From: Lepidodermella squamata | Taxonomy: Eukaryota; Animalia; Gastrotricha | Direction of reading: 5' to 3' | Length of the DNA: 64,000 nt | Assembly: GCA_047495785.1 (NCBI GenBank) | Contig: JBLDXI010000056.1 | Span: 1 to 64,000 of the forward strand | In this document: one piece after another, positions 39,701-50,530 of the stretch | How the letters are laid out: each line of letters begins with the position of its first letter | Numbering within the stretch: the stretch's first letter is position 1 | Translations under genes and position numbers: made by a program | The notes under the pieces: generated by a model | Seen by the model: the letters and a program-made list of their open reading frames with translations, nothing else | Database searches by the model: none | What the model was told of the DNA's origin: nothing

Positions 39701-40019
39701 AAAAAATCAAACCTGTGCTGAATTTTAGAATTTGTATTTCAATTTTTTTCATTTTTATCCTCCTTTGTTGTTAGAAAAAACTTACAATGTAAGGCCGGCC
39801 GTTGTCGTCGCACTTTTTCGTGTCGCAAATTTGCGCCGTCATGCCGGCTAAACTTTTCGCAGGCGACGCGGCGCCCGGGCTCGATTTGGCCGGCGATGAT
39901 TTGCCGGACGAAACCTGTGGCGATTTGGGCGACGACGCCAAATCGCCGTTGGACGCCGCCTTGATGCCCGGCACGGTCGCATCGGCCGACGTCCGCGGCG
40001 GCGTGCTGCTCGACGCCAT
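33752..40019 (-). CDS. SGK3: PX-domain serum/glucocorticoid-regulated kinase (SGK3/CISK-like); exons 40019-39786, 39549-39286, 38901-38659, 36531-36277, 35266-34904, 34489-34355, 33892-33752
   Basis: PX motif [14 protein letters not shown] linker, [52 protein letters not shown], hydrophobic motif FKGFTF. All splice sites are GT-AG and in frame. Confidence 0.93.
36850..37258 (+). pseudogene. Decayed CARD/death-fold-like coding remnant nested antisense in SGK intron 3
   Basis: With stops and a frameshift it reads ...[58 protein letters not shown], which fits CARD helix spacing. By-eye similarity only. Confidence 0.35.
38238..38629. mobile_element. Mutator-like (9-bp TSD) MITE in SGK intron 3
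   Basis: Subterminal arrays of GGAACCAAATTT (left) and AAATTTGGTTCC (right). GGG...CCC termini. TSD AAAGAATAG at 38229-38237 and 38630-38638. Confidence 0.75.
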
Positions 40020-42160
40020 TCTTCTTAAAAAATTAACGAGAACAATCTTGGCGGCGGAAAATTCAACAAATTTAATAAAATCCCGAGGAAAATTGCTGTG
40101 GTAGAAAAAAGAAAACAAAAAGTCCAGCTTAATTAATGTTGTAATAAACCGAAATTGGAATTGGAATGACAATACACCCGTCTCTTCTAGCCGGAGAAGA
40201 TAAGACACGGGAGAGATAAGAATTTAGTCTAAAAAAGGCGGATGATGATAACGAAAAAATAATGTGACCTTTTCTCAATCAAAGAGTACTCGGCTACGAT
40301 GGCCTGACTTTGTATTAATCAGTAAGATAAGGCTATTAAAAAACCAGAAGAACAGTCATGTTATACTACTACCGTCGAAAATCATGAGGCCGATTTTATT
40401 ACAAGCAAGTAGGTCACGTCGTCTGGGTTTTATTGCTTTTAGCCATTATGACTTGGGCGGCGAAGTAATGAATGGAACGAGAGATGAGCAATAAAACTGG
40501 TGTGGATAAATGTGTGAATCACAATCGATTAGATGGAAAAAAATTGAAGGAGTAAACAGCACGCGATGTGAAAATTTCTTTAGATTGTACTGAAATCGCG
40601 TTTCCATTCGAAAATAATTCAAGCCTGAATTCAACTATAATTTTGACGTGTGGTGATGATGTTCAAATTTAGCATTTCAATGACGCGTGCTGCTAAGCCA
40701 TCTGTGACATTTTTATTTCTGAACTCATGGAATGACGGATGAGACTTCCGTCTTGCTCGAATCACAACGATCTCGATGATGAACCCCAACTCACGTGAAC
40801 GCTGTTGACAAGCGAAATGCGAATCACAGAGATTGTCGCATAACATTATCTCGAGCTTTCGAATGGCGTAGGACCAACGGCAGTTGGAGCAATGCTGTAA
40901 ACTACAGTTTACATGCCGCCTTCTGGATAATCGCTGCAATAAAATATCCATTTTCAACGATTCGCGGGAACAATCTACCGGGGAACGGTATACAATTTTG
41001 ACAACACAAAGGTACAACGTTGTAAAAGTTCTAGCAAATTAATTCAGATGAATTCTTTGCAAAGTTTTACACCCTTGTCCTGGGCATAATTGTTGTAATT
41101 TTTCCCCGGACTGATACGAAGAATGAATTTCTTGTCTGAAAGACATTTTTGCCACATTTTTCTGGTAATAAAATATATTTTCTGGCGGAAAAATGTCTTT
41201 CTGCTAAAAAATATTTCCGAAGAAAAAAATATTTTTCTCGGAAAATGATAATTTTTCTGAAGAAGAAAATATGGTCCACTGATTCAGACCTGAGAAAAAA
41301 GGCTCGAAAGAAAGGTACCTACAATTTTGGCAAGCTAGTACAACTTTAACAACTCTATGGTAATGCTCCTTTTTCATCTTGATCATCTATTAGAGTCAGC
41401 AATGACTCATCGCGTGTGTGGTGAACATATTATTTTATTTTGGAATTTTTTGTGTTAAAACGCAAGGTATTGCTTTGTAACTTCACCAAAAATGAACAAA
41501 CGATGCTAGAATTTGGATAAAAATTGAGAAGTCTTTCAACGCAGATTTTGGAGTTGTCAACAAGTAGCTGCTGTAAAAACTTTGCCGACGATGAGTTGTC
41601 AAAATTGCACCTCCTGAATCCCTACGTTGCCGGTAATTTTCCTGAAACTGCGAGCATATTAAGGCATTCCACGGCAGATGTTTGCTCAAAAATAAACTAC
41701 TTGCGCACGAGAGGAGCACTCAAGGCGAATTCACCCTTCAAAGTTTAATTTCCAGAGCTATTTCTTAGGTCTCCCTTGTCAAAATTGAAGCATTGAAGCG
41801 ACAATTCCAGTTCAATTTTTTTCAAAGCGGTAGCCTTTCCCTTTGTACCGGGGTGTTGTGTACATATTTGTTTGCTAAATTTGTCAAATCTTCAAGCGAT
41901 GATCTATCGTTGCCTTATCGTTGGTATATCCTATATCTTATGTAGGCTTCTTTTGTGTAAATAAGCCGTTGACTATGGTTTCTACAATTCTGTTGATGAT
42001 CGCATACTTGACGTGTTACCGCCCGCCTCCGTCAGTGAGGTATCATTCATTGGGTGCATCGATATTTTTTAGCAGGGTTTGAACAGCTGACGAAAAACGG
42101 CGCTAAGGCTCCGCTGAATAAGTTACACTACCATTCTTTCGCTTTGAATTTTCATCAAAC

Positions 42161-42422
42161 ATGAATAAGATCTTCCTTCTCACTCTTGTAGTGGTAAGTT
42201 TCACGGTTTATTTAGTTATCTTGCTAAGTATGATGCCATTTTATTAAAAAGGCATTCGCCACTGCGCTGGCTGTATCAGCGGAGAAGAACAACGTCGAGG
42301 AATCCCGGGGAGACTTTGCGGTCGAGGCTGAATTCGAAGAAGAAGTAGCTCGCGGTGGTCAGAAAGCTCATCCAGCTCGTTGCGAGGCTAACTTCGCAGA
42401 AGAGGTAGCTGCTGAAAAATAG
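42161..42422 (+). CDS. Secreted prepro-peptide family member P0 (short; possible premature stop); exons 42161-42193 and 42252-42422
   Basis: MNKIFLLTLVV|AFATALAVSAEKNNVEESRGDFAVEAEFEEEVARGGQKAHPARCEANFAEEVAAEK*. Same signal peptide and intron position as P1/P2. Confidence 0.7.
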
Positions 42423-43072
42423 CAGGCCAACCCCGATGCTAAAAGCAAAACCTGAGTGATATGGCTGGGAAACACTGGCTAAGCCAAATTTTGGAGCCAT
42501 CCGACCTTGTAATCAACTTCGGGTTTATAGTGGATTTACTGCCGTGTGGTCGTAAATTACCTTTACCCTTTACGTTGTATTTAATGGAATAAAAATTTAC
42601 ATATGATATAATTATATAATGTCAATATATGAGCCAAGGCGAAGTACACTTGAAAAAGCTCCGAATTGTTTAAATTCTAATTTTGAACTATTTTCTACAG
42701 TCCTAACAAGGACAGCTTCAACAGCTACAATGTCAGCCCCCATCTCAGAACAGCCCCACGACCACAATACTGCCGAGAATACCAAATAGCACAACAGGCT
42801 GCGCTATTCCATATGCAACCAGCTACCGTGAATTCGAATATCATTAGCATTCAACATGAAAACACGATTTCTTTCAAACCCCGGGACCGATGAAACTTCG
42901 CGCGATATTTAAGCCATTCTGAGATATTTTGTCGAACGGCTGCTAGCGAAAGACTCGGGATGTCCTGAACAACTCTGTACTCATCATAAAATGTTGTGAA
43001 CAATTTGCTTAGCTACTATTTCTTTTTGCAGCGGTCTTTTTATGAGAACTAAAGAACACGGTTGTTCAACGA

Positions 43073-43193
43073 CAGTGTGCGAAGTACCTCAAGAGGTCCA
43101 GGCAAGAAAACTCCAAAAACTACAGGGGGACCCTCTGGTCAGTAAATTCTGGGCTGAAACACCCAAGGGTACCCCCTCCTACTTCATCCACTG
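43073..43193. mobile_element. Small hAT-type MITE
   Basis: CAGTGTGCGAAGTA...TACTTCATCCACTG. Perfect 8-bp TSD TTCAACGA at 43065-43072 and 43194-43201. Confidence 0.8.
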
Positions 43194-44986
43194 TTCAACG
43201 ATCTACATCGCTTACTGAACTGCAAAACTCGGATTTTTGAGGTGAGGAAGAATTTAAACGAAGATCTTTCATTTTTTCAGAATCTGACCAAGTCGCGAAA
43301 TTTTGCGAATACATGAACCGTATAGCCGTAGAGCACTGAGCAACTGAGCACTCTACTGCTCCGGCTGAGTGGCAGCAATACCCTCGGTCGCCGATCCTTC
43401 TCGTCGAAACTAATCACCTCGGTCAGCAATAGCCGAGCGAAGCCTCATGACACTCGCCTAGGTCGGTATGGTGCCAATGGAGCTTGCAGTGTCGCACGGT
43501 GCAAACGCTCTATGGTGCAAAAGATGGACGCCGACACGGACAGCAATACCCGTTGATCTGCGACATCGCACCCTCTGGTTCACACCCTATACGGCGCAGC
43601 AAGCCGACATCCTCTGCCTTCGGCCAACAATAGCCACTAGAATAACACTTGAGTGTCTGTGATAAGTATGCCTCACTATGTGCTACAATCATGCATATGA
43701 TAATTGCACGCCGATAAAGTTTTTATATTGTTTATTCATCATCGCTCGTCGTAAATATGTCTTGCAGGTAGTGCTCATTCCTTCAAATGATATTATGATG
43801 AATAAACAGGAAGCGGATACCATTTTCTAATATATAATTGAAGTACAGTGAGAGGATTTCGAGATTCACGGTAAATAAGATATTCCAAAAAACTCGCAGC
43901 GCCAATTTACCACGACAACAATGCGAGATTTATTTACCGTCCATCCTCGCGTCAACCTTTTCGGATATCTTGTACCATTGGCAGCGTGACAGGATCAGCC
44001 TGAGACCTAAGAAATAGCTGGAGAATATGCTAGATTCTCCAGATCTATGCTAACAAATATAGGCTAGAGACTTTTCATATACTGGCAGCAAACTTGAATC
44101 AAACCAGCTGGTTCTCAAGCAAACAAACGAAATGCGTGGAGGCACACACAAATTATGGGTATGAGCGCGTAATTTTATGCCACGAATGTCATTACTATAT
44201 CGCGGGTTGCGCGCCACAACACTGTGCCGGAAATAGAAACATATTGCGTAATGCTTTGATGTGCAGGGCAAAAAGGCTGAACACATTAGTTTTTCATAGT
44301 GACGTCAAATTCGCGTCTCATGATAAAATCCAACAATAGAGCAGCCTGCAGATCTTGCAGGCTGCATTTTGGTACTCTAGCATGATTAGGTAAATGAGGA
44401 CAGTAGGCGAAAAATTAAGAGTCGGTTTTGCCGCAAGTTTTGATTTTCAGCTACGTATGTTCCAGCGATCAGGCACTCGACTGCGACTTGTGAATGTGGT
44501 GAATGGTGAATCACTCAATTTTTACGTTTTCGAACCGACTTTATCCCCAAACTCATGACTATTATTGGCTATATCATTTTTTCATTTTTTCGCATCTTCA
44601 ACAAAAACGGAAATTGGCACCAGAGGCCTTATCTCGAGAAGCTTGTGCTCTAGTGAATATTAATAGCACAACCATGAAGCCATGATCATCCAACCATGAA
44701 GGCAAAGAGGCTTTAATTGAAATCTTGGAGTTACTTGGTGCGAACCTTCCAAGATTTTATAATTCCCGTATTTTCTATGTGATCTCGCAGTAATCATTTC
44801 TAGTCATGATAGAGGATGCATTGTTGTCGGCCACAACTTCAGCTCCGGATGACGTTTGATTCCTGGGCCTTTTAAATAATCGAATGTGATAATTGTCATT
44901 TACCGTATGAATTTATGACTGAAAATATGTGCGATTAAATGCAATTTCTTTAATATAGCCAAAACGCAATTGTTTGGAAATCCTTC

Positions 44987-45132
44987 ACACTAAGCAAAAA
45001 GCAAAATAACGGTTGCTAACGCGTTAACGTCGACCTTAACGGGTTATCAAGCGTTAAATTGATTGTCTCGAACGCTTACTAACAAGTTTGAGTGAACTTC
45101 AACGCGTTAACAGCCGTTATTTTGCTTAGAGT
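44987..45132. repeat. Short inverted-repeat element (MITE-like)
   Basis: ctaagcaaaa...aataacggttgctaacgcgtt / aacgcgttaacagccgttattttgcttag. Confidence 0.5.
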
Positions 45133-45506
45133 TTTGAAGAGTTTCGAATCTAGAGTTTTGCTTTGATTTCCGAAGAATTGCGTTTTGACATTTTTTTGTT
45201 TTTTTGGTAAATTCCCTGTTAATCATAGTTAGGGCCAGATTTGCAGTGGCAAATCATTATAGTATCAGCAGCATTACTGAATTTCTTATATGCGTTTCGA
45301 CAATTGTCAAGAAGACACTATTTATAAATGAGCCCACTAATGATACTTTTTTTGTGAGAAGTGCCGGCTTCTTGTGCAAATAAGCCACCAGTTATGTTTA
45401 CACTATATCAGCAATTCAGATGTTCATCTGCAAGCCAGAATAGCATTCGGGTGTCGCCTCGCCTCCTCCTTTGAGTTATCATTCACTAAGTAAATCGACA
45501 TTACCG

Positions 45507-45587
45507 AGACACGTGAATGCACCTCTTTATACACGTGAATCGGAGTTTAAGCAGCTGGCTAAGATCGGCCAAGAGATCCCTATAAAT
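45507..45587 (+). promoter_or_regulatory. Putative P1 promoter: two CACGTG boxes, CAGCTG and a TATA box
   Basis: gagacacgtgaat...atacacgtgaa...cagctggctaagatcggcc...cctataaa. Conserved at about 51931-52011 and 57779-57859 despite flanking divergence. Confidence 0.55.
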
Positions 45588-45648
45588 TCACACGGATGCG
45601 CTGCAAATTTTTCATTCTGCTTTTTTCGTTTGGAATTTTCGTTTCAAC

Positions 45649-46203
45649 ATGAACAAGATCATCCTTCTTACTCTTATCGTTGTGAGTTTAACGCCTCCAT
45701 GAGATCTTTTGCCTTGATATAATTTTATTTAACAGGCTTTCGCCGCTGTGTTGGCTGTATCAGCAGAAGAAAACAACGGCTTTATGGCTCGCGAGGCTGA
45801 CTACGAAGAAGAGATAGCTCGTGAGGAAAAGAAGAAAAAGCCCACAGGTCCTAATGCGAAGGACAGCGTCAAGGGCCTAAAGCTCGGCCAAGCGGACAAC
45901 AAAAACAAGGGTAAAAGCCCTAACAAGAATGGTCCTAACAGGCAGAGCTCCTTGAGCCCGTGGGCTGGCTCAACAGCCAACAAGAATGTGAAATCTGGTC
46001 CTAACAGGCAAACCTCCCTGAACCCTAAAGCTGGCTCAGCAGCCAACAAGAATGCGAAATCTGGTCCTAACAGGCAAACCTCTCTGAACCCCAAAGCTGG
46101 TTCAGCAGGCAACAAGAACAAAAGCAACAAAACCGGCAAGAATGCGAACAAGAACCACCCCGGTCCAGTCGCACGGCATTCTTTGAGCGCAAAGTCTTTC
46201 TAA
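45649..46203 (+). CDS. Secreted prepro-peptide P1: signal, acidic propiece, Lys/Asn-rich region with about three 22-aa repeats; exons 45649-45681 and 45736-46203
   Basis: MNKIILLTLIV|AFAAVLAVSAEENNGFMAREADYEEEIAREEKKKK... GT-AG phase-0 intron, TATA upstream, AATAAA downstream. Confidence 0.85.
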
Positions 46204-47284
46204 AAGGCTTGTGGAGCCGAAGTGGCTGTGAAGCTATTTATTGTGGAGCCATTCAACATTCAACCCATAGTCAGCTGCGGGATCTGGTCTGGTTTTTTTC
46301 TTGAGGTCGTAGTTAGGCACATGTCACTCTTGAGCTTGGTGTTGGGTTATTAGAATAAATAAAAAATTGCATTTCACTCATCCGGCTTAAGTTTGGGGAT
46401 CCTGACTTCCAGTTATGGATCAAACATGGCGTTGAGAATGAAATCTTCAGTGACGATAATTGCTATTGGGAAATAAATTTGGAAAAAATCCAGGTATAGT
46501 AAGCTAGATTTTTGGCTAGATTTATTCAAAATGCTCTTGCTAATAATTTCTTCCCTGTACTCGGTACTTGGTGGTTAGTGATATTCAGGTATGATTGCAT
46601 TGTTTCACAATCGAAGCATTAAAAAAGAAAAAAGAATAGCCGATCTCAGCCAAATAGCTGAAATCTGAAAATAGCTAAGTTGGATGAGTGTGGGAAATAG
46701 ATTATTAGCAAGTTCAGCATTTTGCGGAGCTACGATGAGCTTACGATGAGCTGATTAGTCACATTTCTCTTACTGAAAGTTGAAAGGAAGCCCCCAATTA
46801 TCCTCCCAACTGGTGGATCATAATCATCTCTGCTTTTATACGGCCTCCTGTCAGTTTGCACTTCTAGACATCAATTCATCCTTATCAAATATAGGTTTCA
46901 TAAACGTTACAACTCCATCAGACTGCAATTGTAGATTACTGTCTCTTACCAGCCAACGCACAAGCTATGGCATAATTTGGAGGTCCAGTTCTATCGTTAC
47001 TATGTATTCGTTTGATTTGATGCAACCTGCTCTGGTAAATTCGAAATATGTAATCAGAATAATATCACTTGCGTTCGTCATTTTAATTTTCAAATGCGGC
47101 TAATTACAAGCCCGAAGCGCCTTCATGGCTCGCCCTTTCAATTTCGGATGTTCTATTGAATATATTTAAAAAGCAAACGCAATCATGATAACATTTTTCA
47201 TGACGCAAATTGGCGAGCTGTTCAAAACGTTCAAGACTTCACATATTTTATTTAGGCTGATTTGAAGTTTTTGCCAGATTCCAT

Positions 47285-48184
47285 TCACTGAGGCCGGTAT
47301 GGGTAGCATTGGCATAGGTTAGCAATTTTATCGTCGTCGCCCATCAGAAGAACGCGCGTGAAGATGCCGAAACAAGATATTGCGTCACCAGGCTTCATGA
47401 TATCTCCACAGCAAGAATCTAAATCTGTGTAACCCGCCCCAAGCTGAATTGTTATTCCACCCTCAAGCCAACCAAGCAAAGCCCCGGATAAGGCACCAAC
47501 ATCGTCCATCAGCATACTGCTGATCCTTGTCTCATCGTACACAGAGAACAAAACTGACAATCGGCGATTGGGTGCTGAATATTCTATGTCTACGGCATTC
47601 CACGTATTTAGTGGCATCCTCGTTTCCAGCTCAGCTACAGGTATTCCCTTTCGGCCGCGAATCTGAATGGTGCTAACACCGCCTACAGCTTTGATCCAAT
47701 TTAACGCTAGCCGGATCTCGCCAGTCGGAGACCTTGTGACAAAGATTGGCAGAACACCGTAGTACTTGCTTATAATATTAAATGTGATTTTAAACGACCC
47801 GTCGCCGAGATTTCGCAGTGAATTCGGTATTGTAAATGACAACAGCTGTGAGTTGTTAATGTTGACTGAGTAAGCGGTGGCTGGCATGCGAAAAGGTCCT
47901 TTTCTAGGGTATATTACAGCAGCTGGGTTCTCTTGAACAGCAATTTTGTTTGGCGAGATGTCATCCGTTCCTGAAGCAGAGCTGAGGTGAAAGTATGAAT
48001 AAAGGCTCCTCATTCTTCCGGATTTGCATTGGAAATCATATGGATTAAACATGGCATTGACAGCGAAATATTTAACGCTTTCATGGCGGGAAGGGCTATT
48101 TCGGTATTTAGACTTCGGAAATCCGCAGAAAATTGGACTTGATGAATTGTTGATCGCCCTTTTGAGGAATACATATGGTGACAT
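47285..48184 (-). CDS. LamG-like / concanavalin-A jelly-roll domain ORF (5' part unresolved, possibly degraded)
   Basis: 299-aa ORF with the pattern DIS...GP...AY...IPN...SF...PI...W..V..Y...L...LG...ISCF.IF.R.L, resembling invertebrate Laminin_G_3 domains. In-frame TAG two codons upstream of the ATG. Confidence 0.55.
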   Translation of the reverse strand: MSPYVFLKRAINNSSSPIFCGFPKSKYRNSPSRHESVKYFAVNAMFNPYDFQCKSGRMRSLYSYFHLSSASGTDDISPNKIAVQENPAAVIYPRKGPFRMPATAYSVNINNSQLLSFTIPNSLRNLGDGSFKITFNIISKYYGVLPIFVTRSPTGEIRLALNWIKAVGGVSTIQIRGRKGIPVAELETRMPLNTWNAVDIEYSAPNRRLSVLFSVYDETRISSMLMDDVGALSGALLGWLEGGITIQLGAGYTDLDSCCGDIMKPGDAISCFGIFTRVLLMGDDDKIANLCQCYPYRPQ

Positions 48185-49481
48185 ATGCTACGTGAGGGCT
48201 GAGGGAAACAATTGCTAGGACAAGTAATTTGACCGTGGAAAGGATTTCTCAATTGATTTTTCATCTACTTAGGTTGGATGTCTCATCGTTCGCGATGTGG
48301 ATAATGTGGATAATTCGGCGGGTGCCGAGGAAGATATCGAAATTCGTTCGCTCAGTTCTGGAGCTTTCCTCAATTGTAGAATTGGTAGTAATCGGGGAAC
48401 GTCGAAAAAACGGTTAAAGGGCATCGAAGTGCCGATAAATTCTAACTTGACTGTTGCGAAAGAAAATAGTAAATAGGCGAACTTGATACTGACCAAAATA
48501 AATATAACGGCTTTATAAATGCATAGGCTAGTAAATTCTCGCGGCGGAGTCTTTTTGCACGTTTATTGCATTCTTCCGTCTATGTACGCTTTTCGCCCAG
48601 GTACTCTTTTTCGCAGAATCCTGTGAAAGTGTACTATGGCGATGGCTGACTGTATTGCTTTTTTATGTTGGCCACAGGGCTTTGAGGCCAGGGCATGCTG
48701 GGCGAATGTGAATCACCCCGCGAAAATTGGGCCTAAATGACATGAACAATTTAAACTGCCGAATTTTTAATTGAAATCGGAATAATCGGACGAAAGTTGC
48801 GCGCTCGTCCGCGCTGCCGCAACTGCGGTGGCAAGCATGCCGCGAACTCGAGGGAATGCCCTCTGCGCCTGCCTCCGGCGGGCTGAAACGAACATGCACA
48901 TGGGAAATTGTGTTTTCGAAAGAAATTGCAATTTCAAGACGGGTCGGGTGGTAACTGGGATTTCTAACAAAATCCTAGTTGTCACTGCTCAAAATGTGAA
49001 AAATTTTTAAGGATGGGATAGTTGGGATTCCCCGGCGGGGCTGCCCTGGATGGGTGGAGAAGGGGGTTGGTTGAGCTAGTTACGCCCGGCAGTGATGACG
49101 CACGCCTGATCCGTCGTCTGTAATTCCACGATTGCGGTGGCGCTGTAGGGACCGCACTTGATTGGTCCGGTCGGCGCGGCTCTCTGAGCCAAATGCCCCA
49201 GTAGGTTAGGAGGGTCCAAGGCTTGTTCTGGTAGAGTTTGAAAGGCTTCCCTTTCCAAAACCTCACAGCGCCAGTTCACCGGGAACCGAGACAAATAATG
49301 AGTTTTATTTATCGTCCATCCTCGCGTAAACCGCTTTGGGTATCTTTTAAAATCGGCAGCGTGGCGGGATCAGCTTGAAACCTACGAAATAACTGGACAA
49401 TAGGCTTGATAGGCTGGTGACTTTTCATATACTTGCAGCAAACTTGAATCGAGCCAGCTGGTTTTCAAGCAAACAAACAAA

Positions 49482-50530
49482 TTTAGTATAACGCCTTAGA
49501 TCTGGTTTTAGACAGCAGGCGGATTTTAGGGCGCTAGGCCGAAGGCCGTTGCGCTCTAAAATCCGCCAGCTGGATGAAACCAGATCTAAGGCGTTGTACT
49601 TTTTAATACGTGTCTGAAATTAAATCGGCTGAGCAGGACAGATCAATTCCGAGATTGTATTTTTGGACGTGTCCAAGAAACGGCTCTCCCAAAAAGATAC
49701 CGGCTTATTTAAAAAGGGGTCACCGTCGATTGTTTCCATGTTTTCAATCACCATGTCCGAGTGGTCAGATTAAGACAAAGTTAAGCTAGCGGCATGTCGG
49801 TCTAGTGATAATGAAAAGCCCGCGCTTGGCTTTACTAGTCATCTCATTTAGCGTTTATTCAATTTGAATGCTACTAGCTATTTTTCTCACATTTTGGCAT
49901 TCAAATTTCGTTAATTATCGAGCGTTGTCAGGTCATTTAAAGTGACTAAGATGTGCAACTGAAGTAAGTTTGACTCTTTTTCAAGCGTTCTCAGCAAAAT
50001 CGATAGGCCTTATTTTGCTCAAATCAATCATTTCTTACTTTCGCAATAAGATTTGCCTGATTTCAAAAATTTGGGAAATTTATCAGCGTTATTTTGCGCC
50101 GGTAAATTATGATTTATTGATTATTATCGATTTTTTTGAAATTCTGCGGTACTCATTGTAGCTGCATTGAGCGCTATTAGCTTATTTCTTTTATGGGCTG
50201 TTTTTCTTATACCCTATTGATTTGATTCTTAGTTTGCCAATATTCCTTTTCGCGCGAAAATAATTGTCCAAACCCCACTTTTCATTTGTCACTAATCGCA
50301 TCAGCTGCTCTTGTCATAACATCTGGGTAAAATAAGCTTTTTTCGAGATGTTTTGGGCTCTAAGACAGCGTGTCCGACACAGTGATGGATTCATTTCAGG
50401 CAGGCCGATTTTTGAAGTCAGGAAGGCAGGACATCAAAAAATCGGCCTGCCTGAAATTAATCCATCATTGTGTCGGACACGCTGTCTGAAATTGGAGCGA
50501 AGGCGGATTTTATTTCAGACATGTATTAAA
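49482..50530 (-). mobile_element. Non-autonomous Helentron/HINE-like element with two large hairpins
   Basis: Absent from the duplicate (empty site about 56375). Inserted in an A/T run with no distinct TSD. Asymmetric inverted repeats at 49602-49626 and 50506-50530. Hairpins at 49485-49600 and 50363-50487. Confidence 0.7.

Noticed and set aside
33752-40019. Horizontal transfer of the GC-rich kinase
   Set aside because: It is a typical animal PX-SGK with spliceosomal introns carrying host-type repeats. The GC excess is confined to exons.
46780-47103. 107-aa ORF duplicated at 54661-54984, with faint similarity (MQPA.VNS) to about 42810-42840
   Set aside because: Identity reflects the recent duplication. 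Non-ATG start, no domain, and the similarity is too short to support a gene.
48269-48496. TGA-interrupted frame upstream of the LamG-like ORF as evidence of recoding or selenocysteine
   Set aside because: Other genes here use TGA as a normal stop, and no SECIS or conserved readthrough evidence is seen. Decay is simpler.
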